Part shown: in pieces, positions 17,924-27,561 of the stretch
Position numbering within the stretch: position 1 is the stretch's first letter
Layout of the letters: each line of letters begins with the position of its first letter
NCBI GenBank assembly: GCA_963674965.2
Contig: CAXXFL010000002.1
Span: 160,001-224,000, forward strand
Origin: a bacterium
Lineage (GTDB): Bacteria > RBG-13-61-14 > DATKZS01
Reading direction: 5' to 3'
Length of the DNA stretch: 64,000 nt
Notes under the pieces: model-generated
Databases searched by the model: none
What the model was told of the DNA's origin: nothing
What the model saw: the letters and a program-made list of their open reading frames with translations, nothing else
Made by a program: the position numbers and the translations under genes

Positions 17924-19225
17924 ATGAAACCACCGACCCATCCGGACGAGGCCAAAAAGAACCTTCCCCTTTTCGGACGGCTTTTCCTGCGCGAGCACAA
18001 GGGGGACCTCTGGGAAGACGAGACCATGACCCTGCCCTGGACCCTGAGGCGGATGAGAAGGAAATACAAGGCCTTCGCCGACGAGCGCATCCGTCCCCTC
18101 GAGCTGGAGGTGGACCTGGACGTAAGCAAGCTGGACAAGGACGGGCTCTTCAAGGACTACGCCAAACTGGGCTACGCCACCGAGCTTCTGCCCTGGCCCA
18201 TCGGGACCCTTCCCTTGCCGTGCGTGCTGGGCTGGTACGGCGTGCCGCTGGCCCTCAAGATCGAGGAAATAACCGCGGCCTGCGGGGGGATCGGCCTGAT
18301 GCTGGGCGCTCATGAGCTGGGCTTCGCGCCCCTCGTGCTTTCCGGTTCCCCCTCGGTCCTGACGAAATGGGTGATCCCCACCTACGCGGCCCTGAAAAGG
18401 GGAGAGAAGAAACTCTTCGCCTTCGCCATTACCGAGCCCGGCGCCGGGTCCGACGTGGAGGAAACCGAGGGCGCCATGAAGGCCAAGGTGGTGACCCGAG
18501 CGAAAAAGGTCTCGGGCGGCTACGTGATCAACGGCAGGAAGGTCTTTATTTCCGACGGCGGCATAGCCGACTACGTGACCCTCTTCGCCTGCCTCGGAAA
18601 CGAGGGCGTCGAGAGCTGGACCTGTTTCCTTCTCGAGCGGGGCATGAAGGGCTTCACCCTCGGCCGCAAGGAAAAGAAGATGGGACAGAAGGCCGGTGAC
18701 GCCACCGAGCTCGTTCTGGAAGACGTTTTCGTGCCCGACGACCACAGGATAGGTCCCGAGAAATCTGGATGGGCCCTGAACCGAAGCGTGCTTAACACCT
18801 CGAGGCCGGGCGTGGGCGCCATCGCCCTTGGCATTTCCAGGAGCGCCTTCGAGCATTGCCTGGATTTCTGCCGGACCACGAGGCTGGGAAATAAGCGACT
18901 GGTCGAATACCAGGACATACAGATCGAGCTGGCCGACATGCTGATCAAGATTTTCGCCGCCCGCGCCCTTGTCTGGAGCACGGTCAAGCGCTTCATCCCG
19001 CCCATGGCCGCGGCCTCGGCCGTGACCAAGGTGTTCGCCTCCGACGCCTCCGTGGCCGTGTGCGAAAAGGCCATGGAGATCATGGGAGACCACGGGTACA
19101 TGCACGGGCGAGGAGTCGAGAAGGCCCTGCGCGACGCCAGGCTGACGCAAATTTACGAGGGAACCAACCAGATTAACCGCCTCGGAATAATCGAGGACTT
19201 GTGGGACAACGACATAGGGGTCTGA
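17924..19225 (+). CDS. Acyl-CoA dehydrogenase
   Basis: ITEPGAGSD, NGRKVFIS, KKMGQ, GDHGY, RDARLTQIYEGTNQI. Confidence 0.92.
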   Translation: MKPPTHPDEAKKNLPLFGRLFLREHKGDLWEDETMTLPWTLRRMRRKYKAFADERIRPLELEVDLDVSKLDKDGLFKDYAKLGYATELLPWPIGTLPLPCVLGWYGVPLALKIEEITAACGGIGLMLGAHELGFAPLVLSGSPSVLTKWVIPTYAALKRGEKKLFAFAITEPGAGSDVEETEGAMKAKVVTRAKKVSGGYVINGRKVFISDGGIADYVTLFACLGNEGVESWTCFLLERGMKGFTLGRKEKKMGQKAGDATELVLEDVFVPDDHRIGPEKSGWALNRSVLNTSRPGVGAIALGISRSAFEHCLDFCRTTRLGNKRLVEYQDIQIELADMLIKIFAARALVWSTVKRFIPPMAAASAVTKVFASDASVAVCEKAMEIMGDHGYMHGRGVEKALRDARLTQIYEGTNQINRLGIIEDLWDNDIGV

Positions 19226-19341
19226 AAGAATTTTTCCCCAGGACCGATCCATCGGCTATAATATAAGCGGACTGATCGCCGGGGCGGCGGGAAACCAGGC
19301 CCCGCCCCGGCGCGTAAAATCAAATCGATCAAGCGATAAGC

Positions 19342-20175
19342 ATGAAAAACTTTAAAACGTCCATCGTCGCGTCCATATCCCCCACGTCCTTCGAAGCCCT
19401 CGCCTTGTCCGGCGACGTCGAGAGGGCGTTTCAACTAGCCAAAGAAGAAGGTTTTGACGCCGTCGAGATAGCGGTCCGGGACCCGTCTTTAGTCAAGGCG
19501 GGGGATATCCTCGAGCTGGCCGAATCGGCGGGCCTGGCCATAGCGGCCATCGGGACCGGCCAAGCTTACCTCGAGGAGGGGCTCAGCCTCACGAGTCCGG
19601 ACGAGCATGTCCGGCGGTCGGCCCTGGACAGGATGAGGCGCCAGGTTGACTTGTCCGTCCAGCTTGGAGCTCGGGTGATAGTGGGCCTCATACGCGGGAC
19701 GGTTAAGTCGAGGGACGAGGTCGAGGAGGCCCTGGACCTTCTTGGACTCTCCATGTTCGAGATAGGCGCCTACGCCCAGGAAGTGGGGGCGCCGGGACTT
19801 CTGATCGAGCCTATCAACCGTTACGAGACGAGGCTGATAAACTCGGTCGGTGAGGGCGTGGAGTTCCTGGAGAAACTCAGTGACCTTCCCGTCAGGCTTC
19901 TGGCCGACGTCTTCCACATGAACATCGAGGACACGGACATGGCGGGGGCCATCAAAGCGGCGGGCGATAAGATTGGACACGTGCACCTGGCCGATTCCAA
20001 CCGTCACGCTCCCGGCCGGGGCCACATAGATTTTTCATTTATCCTTCAGGCGCTTGAGGAATCGGGATATTCGGGCTATCTTTCCTGCGAGATACTTCCC
20101 GAGCCCTCGCCGGAGGAGGCGCTTAGATTGGCCGCCGCATTTTTCCGGGACCTAAGCGGAGGAGGAAATAGATAA
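19342..20175 (+). CDS. Sugar phosphate isomerase/epimerase (IolO/tagatose-epimerase-like TIM barrel)
   Basis: IEPINRYE, DVFHMNIE, HVHLADSNRHAPGRGH. Confidence 0.85.
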   Translation: MKNFKTSIVASISPTSFEALALSGDVERAFQLAKEEGFDAVEIAVRDPSLVKAGDILELAESAGLAIAAIGTGQAYLEEGLSLTSPDEHVRRSALDRMRRQVDLSVQLGARVIVGLIRGTVKSRDEVEEALDLLGLSMFEIGAYAQEVGAPGLLIEPINRYETRLINSVGEGVEFLEKLSDLPVRLLADVFHMNIEDTDMAGAIKAAGDKIGHVHLADSNRHAPGRGHIDFSFILQALEESGYSGYLSCEILPEPSPEEALRLAAAFFRDLSGGGNR

Positions 20176-20374
20176 TATTGCCCTTTTCATCGGGCGGCGG
20201 GTTGAACCGAAATCTTACATGGGGGTATTGACTTCGGACGCGGTTGGTAAATAATTGACAAAGAGATATAAGGACCGTCCAAGGCTTATTAACGACGCCA
20301 GAACGTTTTCCCATGGCGGAAAAGCCTGATTCAGGTAAACAACAAAGTACAATCGATCATCCCAGGGAGAGACC

Positions 20375-23300
20375 ATGGGCATTGAATCGGCCCCGAGACG
20401 GCACATACCTAACCCTTTTAACAATCCCGAAGCCGGGTTGGCCACGGCCTACGTAATATTCGCCGTTATTTGGTTTCTTCTTTCCGACGTTATTTTGGTA
20501 TCCCTGGGGTTTTCCCACGCGACGGCTTCGTTCGTCAAGAATTTCATCTTCGTTCTTGTCTCCGTGTTTTTCGCTTACAGGACCATCCTCAGGCTGATCG
20601 TGACCGAGGGGGACGGCCTTTCCCCTATCCAGGCCGGCGCCGCTTCCGGTATTTCTCCCGGCGAGGCCTACGCGGGCGAGGACATTATCGAGGCGATCTT
20701 CGAGTCCACCGCCGACGGGATGCTGGTGGTGGACAAGGCGGGCAAAATCATCAGGTTCAACTCCAAGCTGCTCCAGATGTGGGGAATGCCGACGAGCGTG
20801 GCCGAGGAGGGCGAGTCGGACAAAATATTCGACTATGCCTCCCAACTTATGCAAAACCCGGTCATGGGAGAGCGGGACTTCAAGTCGGCGAATAATAGCG
20901 ATGAGATTTTTTCGGACTCCGTGAGACTCAAGGACGGGCGCGTTTTCAACGTTTACAGTTGTCCCCTTTGGCACGAGTCCAGGGTGGAGGGAAGGGTCTG
21001 GAGCTTCCGGGACATTACGGAAAGAAAAAAAGTCGAGTGGGCCCTGGCCGACAGCGAGAGAAAAAACCGGGCCATCGTCTCCGCCCTTCCCGACCTCATG
21101 TTCCGGATATCGGCGGAGGGCGAGTTCCTGGACTACCACGCGCCCTCCGAGGACATGCTCTTCGTGCCGCCAGATAAAATCATCGGGGGAAACCTTCGGG
21201 ACATGGGCTTTCCTCCCGAGGCGGTGGACATATTCGAGAAAACCATCGAGGCAAGCCTGAAAACCGGGGAAGTGCAAATAAACGAGTACCAGTTGCCGAC
21301 CCCCTCCGGCTCGGCCTATTTCGAGGAACGCATCATTCCCTCCGGCCCCAATGAGGTCATCAGCCTGGTCAGGGACGTGTCGGACCGAAAAAAATGGGAA
21401 GAATCTCTCCAGCTTACCCAGATGTTTATCGACCGGGCCTCGGTCTCCGCCTTCATGGCCCAACCCGACGGCCGTTTCATCTACGTTAACGATGAGGCTT
21501 GCCGCTCTCTTGGTTACTCCAAGGATGAACTCCTCGATAAAAGCGTTTTCGATATCAACGTCCAGACCGACGAGGAGGTCTGGAGCAATTTGAAGCTCGA
21601 GCTAAAGGAGCGTCCCTCCCTGGGCTTCGAGTTCGAGCACGTTACCAAGGAGGGCGAGGTCTTTCCCGTCGACCTTACTCTGACCTATCTGGAATATAGC
21701 GGCCACGAGTATTACTTCGCCTTCGCCCGCGACGTTACCGAGAAGAGAAGGGCGGAAAAGGCGCTTCGAGACAGTGAGGAAAGATACAGACTGCTGGCCG
21801 AAAACACCGACGACGTCATCTGGACCATGAACATCGACCTTAACGAGACGACCTATATAAGCCCCGCCATCGAGCGCCTCCGGGGCTACACGGTGGAGGA
21901 GCATTTAAGCCAGCCCCTGGATAAGATCATTACCCCCTATTCCATGCAAAAGGTATTGGAGATACTGGCGCTGGCCAGGGAAGTCCAATCGAGCGATCGG
22001 CCCCCCGTCCCCATTTCCCGGACCTTCGAGATCGATTACATCCACAAGGACGGCTCGATCGTTCCCTGCGAGGTAAGGGCGACCTTCATGCTTGACGAGT
22101 CTGGAAAGCCCGTGGCCATTCACGGCGTGAGCCGCGACATTTCGCGCAGGCGCAAGGCGGAGGAAAGGACCCGCGTCCAGCGGGACCTCGGGCTGGCGCT
22201 TAGCGCCAACCTGGGCATGGACAAGGCCCTCAGTTACGGGCTGGACGCGGCCATCCGCATGGCGGACATGGACTGCGGGGGCATATACATCATCGATGAA
22301 AGGACCGGTGACCTGGAGCTAAAAAAGCACATTGGTCTCTCCGACGAGTTCGTGAAATCGACTTACCACCTGGGGTCCGACTCTCCCCACGTCCGGATAA
22401 TCATGTCGGGCAGGACCATCTATAAGGCCTACGGGGACCTTGACCTGCCCAAGGACGAGGTGAGGAAAAAGGAAGGTCTCAAGGCGATGGCCGTCATTCC
22501 TCTCCACTATCTTGACAGCGTCGTCGGATGTCTGAACATATCCTCCCATACCCTCAATGAAGTCCCGCCCGATTGCCGCGATACTCTCGAGGTCACGGCC
22601 GCTCACATCGGCAGCGTGGCGGCCAGGATCATGGCCGAGGAGGCCCTGCGCGAGAGCGAGAGAAGACTCGAACTGGCGGTATGGGGGGCCGAACTGGGAA
22701 TATGGGACGCTGATCTGGAAAAAAATGAGATAGTAATCAGCGGGAGGTTAAGCGAGACGCTCGGCTATGAAAAAGACGAGATCGGAAAAGACCCGGAGAA
22801 ATGGCTCGATCTGGTCCATCCCGACGACAGGGAAAATCTGGAGGAAATTTTCTTTCTTCACGCGGACGGCGACGTTCCTTATTTTCAGGCGGAATTCAGG
22901 ATTCGCGCCAAAAACGGGGAATACCGGTGGATGCAGGTCCGAGGCGCCGTGGTCGCGGTCGGAAAAAAAGGACAGGCGACCAGGGCCACTGGCGTGCATC
23001 TGGACGTGACGGAAAGAAAGAGAGCGGAGGAAGCCCTGAGGCATAGCGAGGAAAGGTTCAGGGCCTTGTCCGAACAGAACCTCCTCGCCATCGGCATCCT
23101 CCAGGACGGGATATTCAAGTACGTCAACGAGGCGGGGGCGGGCATCGCGGAGGAACCGGCGGATGAAATAATGACCTGGAGCGCCATGGACTTCCTCGAT
23201 ATCGTGCATCCCGATTATCGCGGCTTTGTCCTTGACCAGGCCCGGCGCAAGCAGGAGGGACTGGACGGCCAGGTGGCCAATTACGTCTTGAAGAGCGTGA

Positions 23301-24949
23301 CGAAAACGGGCAAGGAAAAATGGATTGACCTTTACTCGAAGACCATCACCTTCGACGGGCGCCCGGCGGATTTCGTCACCATGATCGACGTAACCGACAA
23401 GAAGAAGGCCGAGGACGACCTGGAGGCGGAAAAGGAAAGGCTGGCGGTAACGCTTCGTTCCATCGGCGACGGCGTGATCACGACCGACGTGGAGGGCACG
23501 ATTATCCTCATGAACCGGGTGGCCGAGGAATTGACCGGCTATTCCCAGCGTGACGCCGAGGGCAAGAACCTGGGCAAGGTCTTCAAGATAGTGAACGAGA
23601 TAACCCGGAAGCCCGCCGAGGACCCGGTGCGAAAAGTGATGGAGACGGGCGGCATAATCGGCCTGCCCCACCACACGGTCCTGGTGGCGAGGGACGGCGT
23701 TGAAAGGGTGATCGCCGACAGCGGCGCGCCCATTCGGGACCGTGACAGCAAGATAATAGGCGTGGTCCTGGTTTTTCGAGACGTCACGGAGAAGCGCAAA
23801 ATGGAGGAGGAGCTTTTAAAGGCCGAGAAGCTCGAGTCCCTGGGGGTCCTGGCCGGCGGCATAGCGCACGACTTCAACAATATCCTTACCGGGGTCCTGG
23901 GTAACATTTCCATGGCCCGGCTTCAGACGGCGAACAAGGAAAAAACCGTCATGCGGCTGGAGGAGGCCGAGAAAGCCTGCGTCAGGGCCAAGGAGCTTAC
24001 CCGGCAGCTATTGACCTACGCCCGGGGCGGGGCGCCCATAAAAACCATTTCCTCTTTAAAGTCCATGGTCCTGGAATCGGCCTGGTTCGCCCTCCGCGGG
24101 TCCAACGTCAGCCTCGAGTACGAGATGCCCGAGGACCTGTGGCCCGCCGAGGTGGACGAGGGGCAAATAGGCCAGGTCATCCAGAACCTTATAATCAACG
24201 CCGACCAGGCCATGCCGGAGGGCGGCAACGTCCGGGTCAAGGCGAGCAATTTCGTCCTCGATGAAGACAACGCGCTTCTTCTTCCTGGGTCCAAGCACTC
24301 GGAATACGTAAAAATCGAGGTCATCGACCAGGGGATCGGGATCCCGGAGGAACACCTATCGGGGATTTTCGATCCCTTTTTCACCACCAAACAAAGGGGA
24401 AGCGGACTCGGGTTGGCCACGGCCTACTCGATCGTCAAGCGTCACGAAGGGCACATTCTGGTCGATTCCCAAATCGGGCGCGGCACGACCTTCTCGATTT
24501 ACCTGCCGGCCTCACCTCATCACGAGCACAAAATAGAACAGGATAAGCAGGAAATGGTCAAGGGAAAAGGAAAGGTCCTGGTTATGGACGACGAGGAAAC
24601 CATCCTCGAGCTTTTGGGCGTGGAGATACCCGAGCTGGGCTACGAGGTCGAACTGGCGGCCAGCGGAGAGGAAGCAATAAAATTATACAGGGAGTCCATG
24701 GAAAACAATGACAAGTTCGACGCCGTCATTCTCGACCTGACCGTTCGCGGGGGAATGGGCGGCAAGGAAGCGCTCGAGAAAATGCTCGCCTTCGACCCCG
24801 AGGTCAAGGGCATTGTCTCAAGCGGGTACTCGACGGACGCGATCATGAGCAACTATAAGCAATACGGCTTCAAGGGAGTCATCGCCAAGCCCTATCGGCC
24901 AGAGGAACTAAGCTTGATACTTATGTCCGTAATAAATGGAGAAGACTGA
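20375..24949 (+). CDS. Membrane-anchored multi-PAS/GAF hybrid sensor histidine kinase with a C-terminal receiver
   Basis: Two N-terminal TM helices; repeated RDITE PAS/PAC ends; GAF-like segment; AGGIAHDFNN, DPFFTTK, GSGLGL; VMDDE...ILDL receiver. Confidence 0.92.
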   Translation: MGIESAPRRHIPNPFNNPEAGLATAYVIFAVIWFLLSDVILVSLGFSHATASFVKNFIFVLVSVFFAYRTILRLIVTEGDGLSPIQAGAASGISPGEAYAGEDIIEAIFESTADGMLVVDKAGKIIRFNSKLLQMWGMPTSVAEEGESDKIFDYASQLMQNPVMGERDFKSANNSDEIFSDSVRLKDGRVFNVYSCPLWHESRVEGRVWSFRDITERKKVEWALADSERKNRAIVSALPDLMFRISAEGEFLDYHAPSEDMLFVPPDKIIGGNLRDMGFPPEAVDIFEKTIEASLKTGEVQINEYQLPTPSGSAYFEERIIPSGPNEVISLVRDVSDRKKWEESLQLTQMFIDRASVSAFMAQPDGRFIYVNDEACRSLGYSKDELLDKSVFDINVQTDEEVWSNLKLELKERPSLGFEFEHVTKEGEVFPVDLTLTYLEYSGHEYYFAFARDVTEKRRAEKALRDSEERYRLLAENTDDVIWTMNIDLNETTYISPAIERLRGYTVEEHLSQPLDKIITPYSMQKVLEILALAREVQSSDRPPVPISRTFEIDYIHKDGSIVPCEVRATFMLDESGKPVAIHGVSRDISRRRKAEERTRVQRDLGLALSANLGMDKALSYGLDAAIRMADMDCGGIYIIDERTGDLELKKHIGLSDEFVKSTYHLGSDSPHVRIIMSGRTIYKAYGDLDLPKDEVRKKEGLKAMAVIPLHYLDSVVGCLNISSHTLNEVPPDCRDTLEVTAAHIGSVAARIMAEEALRESERRLELAVWGAELGIWDADLEKNEIVISGRLSETLGYEKDEIGKDPEKWLDLVHPDDRENLEEIFFLHADGDVPYFQAEFRIRAKNGEYRWMQVRGAVVAVGKKGQATRATGVHLDVTERKRAEEALRHSEERFRALSEQNLLAIGILQDGIFKYVNEAGAGIAEEPADEIMTWSAMDFLDIVHPDYRGFVLDQARRKQEGLDGQVANYVLKSVTKTGKEKWIDLYSKTITFDGRPADFVTMIDVTDKKKAEDDLEAEKERLAVTLRSIGDGVITTDVEGTIILMNRVAEELTGYSQRDAEGKNLGKVFKIVNEITRKPAEDPVRKVMETGGIIGLPHHTVLVARDGVERVIADSGAPIRDRDSKIIGVVLVFRDVTEKRKMEEELLKAEKLESLGVLAGGIAHDFNNILTGVLGNISMARLQTANKEKTVMRLEEAEKACVRAKELTRQLLTYARGGAPIKTISSLKSMVLESAWFALRGSNVSLEYEMPEDLWPAEVDEGQIGQVIQNLIINADQAMPEGGNVRVKASNFVLDEDNALLLPGSKHSEYVKIEVIDQGIGIPEEHLSGIFDPFFTTKQRGSGLGLATAYSIVKRHEGHILVDSQIGRGTTFSIYLPASPHHEHKIEQDKQEMVKGKGKVLVMDDEETILELLGVEIPELGYEVELAASGEEAIKLYRESMENNDKFDAVILDLTVRGGMGGKEALEKMLAFDPEVKGIVSSGYSTDAIMSNYKQYGFKGVIAKPYRPEELSLILMSVINGED

Positions 24950-25066
24950 AAAGCGGAGTATAATATAGGTCCATTAGCGTAACCTGAAACCCGAAACCTT
25001 GAACTTTGGACGCCCGAGGGCCCATCTCGAAAGCCCTTCGGGTTTGATTTTTTCGCGGAGGTAGCT

Positions 25067-26425
25067 ATGAGCCCCAAAAAAATAGTCGTTATCGGAGCGG
25101 TGGCCGCGGGAATGAGCGCGGCCAGCCAGGCGAAAAGGCGGATGAAGGACGCCGAGATAATCGTGTTCGAAAAGGGAAACGACGTAAGCTACGGCGCCTG
25201 CGGCATGCCCTATAACGTGGGAGACCCCGATCGAGATATCTACGACCTTAACGTTATCAGCGCCAAGGATTTTCGGGAAAAACGCGGGATCGACCTCCGG
25301 ACCGAGAGCGAGGTGACCTCCATTGGCCGGGAAAACAAAACGGTCAAGGGCGTTGACAAAAGGGGAGGGGAGTTCGAGGAAACCTACGACCTCCTGGTGA
25401 TCGCCACCGGAAGCCGCGCCGTCTACCCGCCCGTCCCCGGTATCGACTCGGAAGGAGTATTTCCGCTCAGGACCCTCCAGCACGGCGCCGCCATGAAGGA
25501 AAAACTGGCCTCGGGCAAAGTCAGGGAGGCCGCGGTCTTGGGAGGCAGCTACCTCGGTCTCGAGCTGGCCGAGGCCCTTTGCCACCGGGGCGTCAAGACC
25601 ACCATCGTCAAGAGAAAACCCCGGATGCTGAAATTCCTGCCCGTTGAATTCGACGAGATGATAAAGGAGGAGTTGGCCAAAAACGACGTGCCCATAGTTC
25701 ACGGCCAGTCCATCCAGGAAATCCAAACCTCGGGCAGGGTCAAGATGATACTGTCGGAAAGCGAGATCGAGTGCGACATGATAACGCTGGGGACCGGCTT
25801 CGCTCCCCGCTCCGAGCTGGCCAGGGACGCCGGACTCGAGCTGGGACCGGCGGGGGCCATCGCGGTTGATGAATACGGACTTACTTCCGACCCGAATATC
25901 TACGCCATCGGGGACTGCTCGGACAATTTTCATCACCTTACCGGCAAAAGGGTCTGGGTCCCGCTCGCTCTTCACGCCAACCGGGCGGGAAGGATCGTGG
26001 GGGCCAACGTCTCGGGAGACCACGAGAAGCTCCCTCCCGTGCTCGGGACCTCGGCGGTGAGGGTGTTCGGTCTGGAGGCCGCCGGGACGGGACTGACGGA
26101 AAAAGAGGCTAAAGACGAGGGATTCTCGCCGGTTAGCTCGACCATCAAGTCCAGGACCAGGGCCCATGCCTTTCCCGGAGCCGGGACTATCCACGTGCAT
26201 CTGACGGTTGACGGGGAAACGGGGAGGATGCTGGGCGGGGCCATAGTTGGGTCGGAATACGCCGCCATCCGGATTAACGTACTGGCTGCGGCCGTGCAGA
26301 GCAATATGACGGTCCTGGACTTCTCGAATCTTGACCTAATGTACTCTCCGCCTTTCTCACCGGCGTGGGACCCCCTCCTGGTTTGCGCTAATCAACTGGT
26401 CAAGAAAGCGGGAACGGCAAAATAA
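25067..26425 (+). CDS. CoA-disulfide reductase / NADH oxidase family flavoprotein
   Basis: IGAVAAG, SYGACGMPY (redox Cys), TSDPNIYAIGDC, LDLMYSPPFSP. Confidence 0.9.
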   Translation: MSPKKIVVIGAVAAGMSAASQAKRRMKDAEIIVFEKGNDVSYGACGMPYNVGDPDRDIYDLNVISAKDFREKRGIDLRTESEVTSIGRENKTVKGVDKRGGEFEETYDLLVIATGSRAVYPPVPGIDSEGVFPLRTLQHGAAMKEKLASGKVREAAVLGGSYLGLELAEALCHRGVKTTIVKRKPRMLKFLPVEFDEMIKEELAKNDVPIVHGQSIQEIQTSGRVKMILSESEIECDMITLGTGFAPRSELARDAGLELGPAGAIAVDEYGLTSDPNIYAIGDCSDNFHHLTGKRVWVPLALHANRAGRIVGANVSGDHEKLPPVLGTSAVRVFGLEAAGTGLTEKEAKDEGFSPVSSTIKSRTRAHAFPGAGTIHVHLTVDGETGRMLGGAIVGSEYAAIRINVLAAAVQSNMTVLDFSNLDLMYSPPFSPAWDPLLVCANQLVKKAGTAK

Positions 26426-26584
26426 AGCCATACGCTAATAATTCAATAATAATGGGATGATACACTTTCAATCGGCAAAAGATGAAAAGGAAATGAAAAG
26501 CCTGACGACCGGCCCGTTATACCCGTATGTATAACGGGCGTTACCCTTTAACTTGACAGATTATTAGGAGATTCTAAATTTAAG

Positions 26585-26614
26585 TTGACAAAAAGGGGTA
26601 TATGGTGGTATAAT
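26585..26614 (+). promoter_or_regulatory. Near-consensus sigma70 promoter upstream of carD
   Basis: TTGACA-18 nt-TATAAT with a TGn extended -10. Confidence 0.65.
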
Positions 26615-27020
26615 TAAAATAAGATTAAAAAACCAGGCATAAATATTTAATAAGTTCCTCGCTGAATCAGACGCTCCTTTTACCATGCTCGCTTTGCGAG
26701 ATTGATAAAGCCGTAGCCCACGCTCCAATGCTCTCGTTCCCAAATGCCGGGTTTTCTGGGGAAAGATCATAACTAATGACCGAGACCATTGCAATAAAAT
26801 GATAATTATTCCTTTGTTAGACACATTGGCGCCATCGATGGCCAGACCGCCCGCAAGGCGGAAACCGTACCTTTCTATTCTCGCGTGCTCTCTTTTTCGT
26901 ATTCCTAAGCATGAAGCCAAGCTCTGTCCAGCGCAACTGACTAGTGGCTGGAGTAGACACAGTTTGGTCTTTTGGAACTCGCTTTTCATTAACGCTACTA
27001 ATCGTTAAAGGAGGTCAGGC

Positions 27021-27503
27021 ATGTTCAAACAAGGAGACGTCGCTGTATACCCGGCTCATGGGGTCGCGATGGTCGAGGGAATCGAGAACAAGGAAATCTC
27101 CGGCAGCAAGCAGACATTTTACGTTTTACGGCTGCTTGACAACAACATGACCATCATGGTGCCGCAAGACAACGCCGAGATCGTGGGCCTTCGAGGCGTT
27201 ATCCAGAAAAAGGAAGTTACTCAGGTCTATAAGATACTTAGAAAGAAAAAAGGCAGGGCCTGCTCTCAGACCTGGAACAGAAGGCACAGGCAATACATGG
27301 AAAAAATCAAAACCGGCTCCCTTTACGAAATCGCCGAGGTCTTAAGAGACCTATATCTTCTCAAGCTCGACAAGGAGCTTTCCTTTGGAGAAAGAAAAGT
27401 ACTCGATACGGCCAGGAGTCTCCTGATCAAGGAACTGTCCATCGCCAAGGACATGGAGGAGGCGAAAATCGAAAAGGAAATCGAAAAAATCTTCCACGCC
27501 TGA
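27021..27503 (+). CDS. carD: CarD/CdnL family RNA-polymerase-binding regulator
   Basis: FKQGDVAVYPAHGV, TWNRR, AEVLRDL, LSFGE; AAGGAGG RBS. Confidence 0.93.
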   Translation: MFKQGDVAVYPAHGVAMVEGIENKEISGSKQTFYVLRLLDNNMTIMVPQDNAEIVGLRGVIQKKEVTQVYKILRKKKGRACSQTWNRRHRQYMEKIKTGSLYEIAEVLRDLYLLKLDKELSFGERKVLDTARSLLIKELSIAKDMEEAKIEKEIEKIFHA

Positions 27504-27522
27504 CCGCGCGAAGAATTACCAC

Positions 27523-27559
27523 GAGGCCCGGACTATAAGAAAGCTCCGGGCCTTTTTTT
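27523..27559 (+). terminator. Intrinsic terminator after carD
   Basis: AGGCCCGGA...TCCGGGCCT stem followed by a T tract. Confidence 0.7.
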
Positions 27560-27561
27560 CC

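Noticed and set aside
26564-27150. Small ORFs in the carD upstream region
   Set aside because: No RBS, atypical composition and no motifs; treated as non-coding
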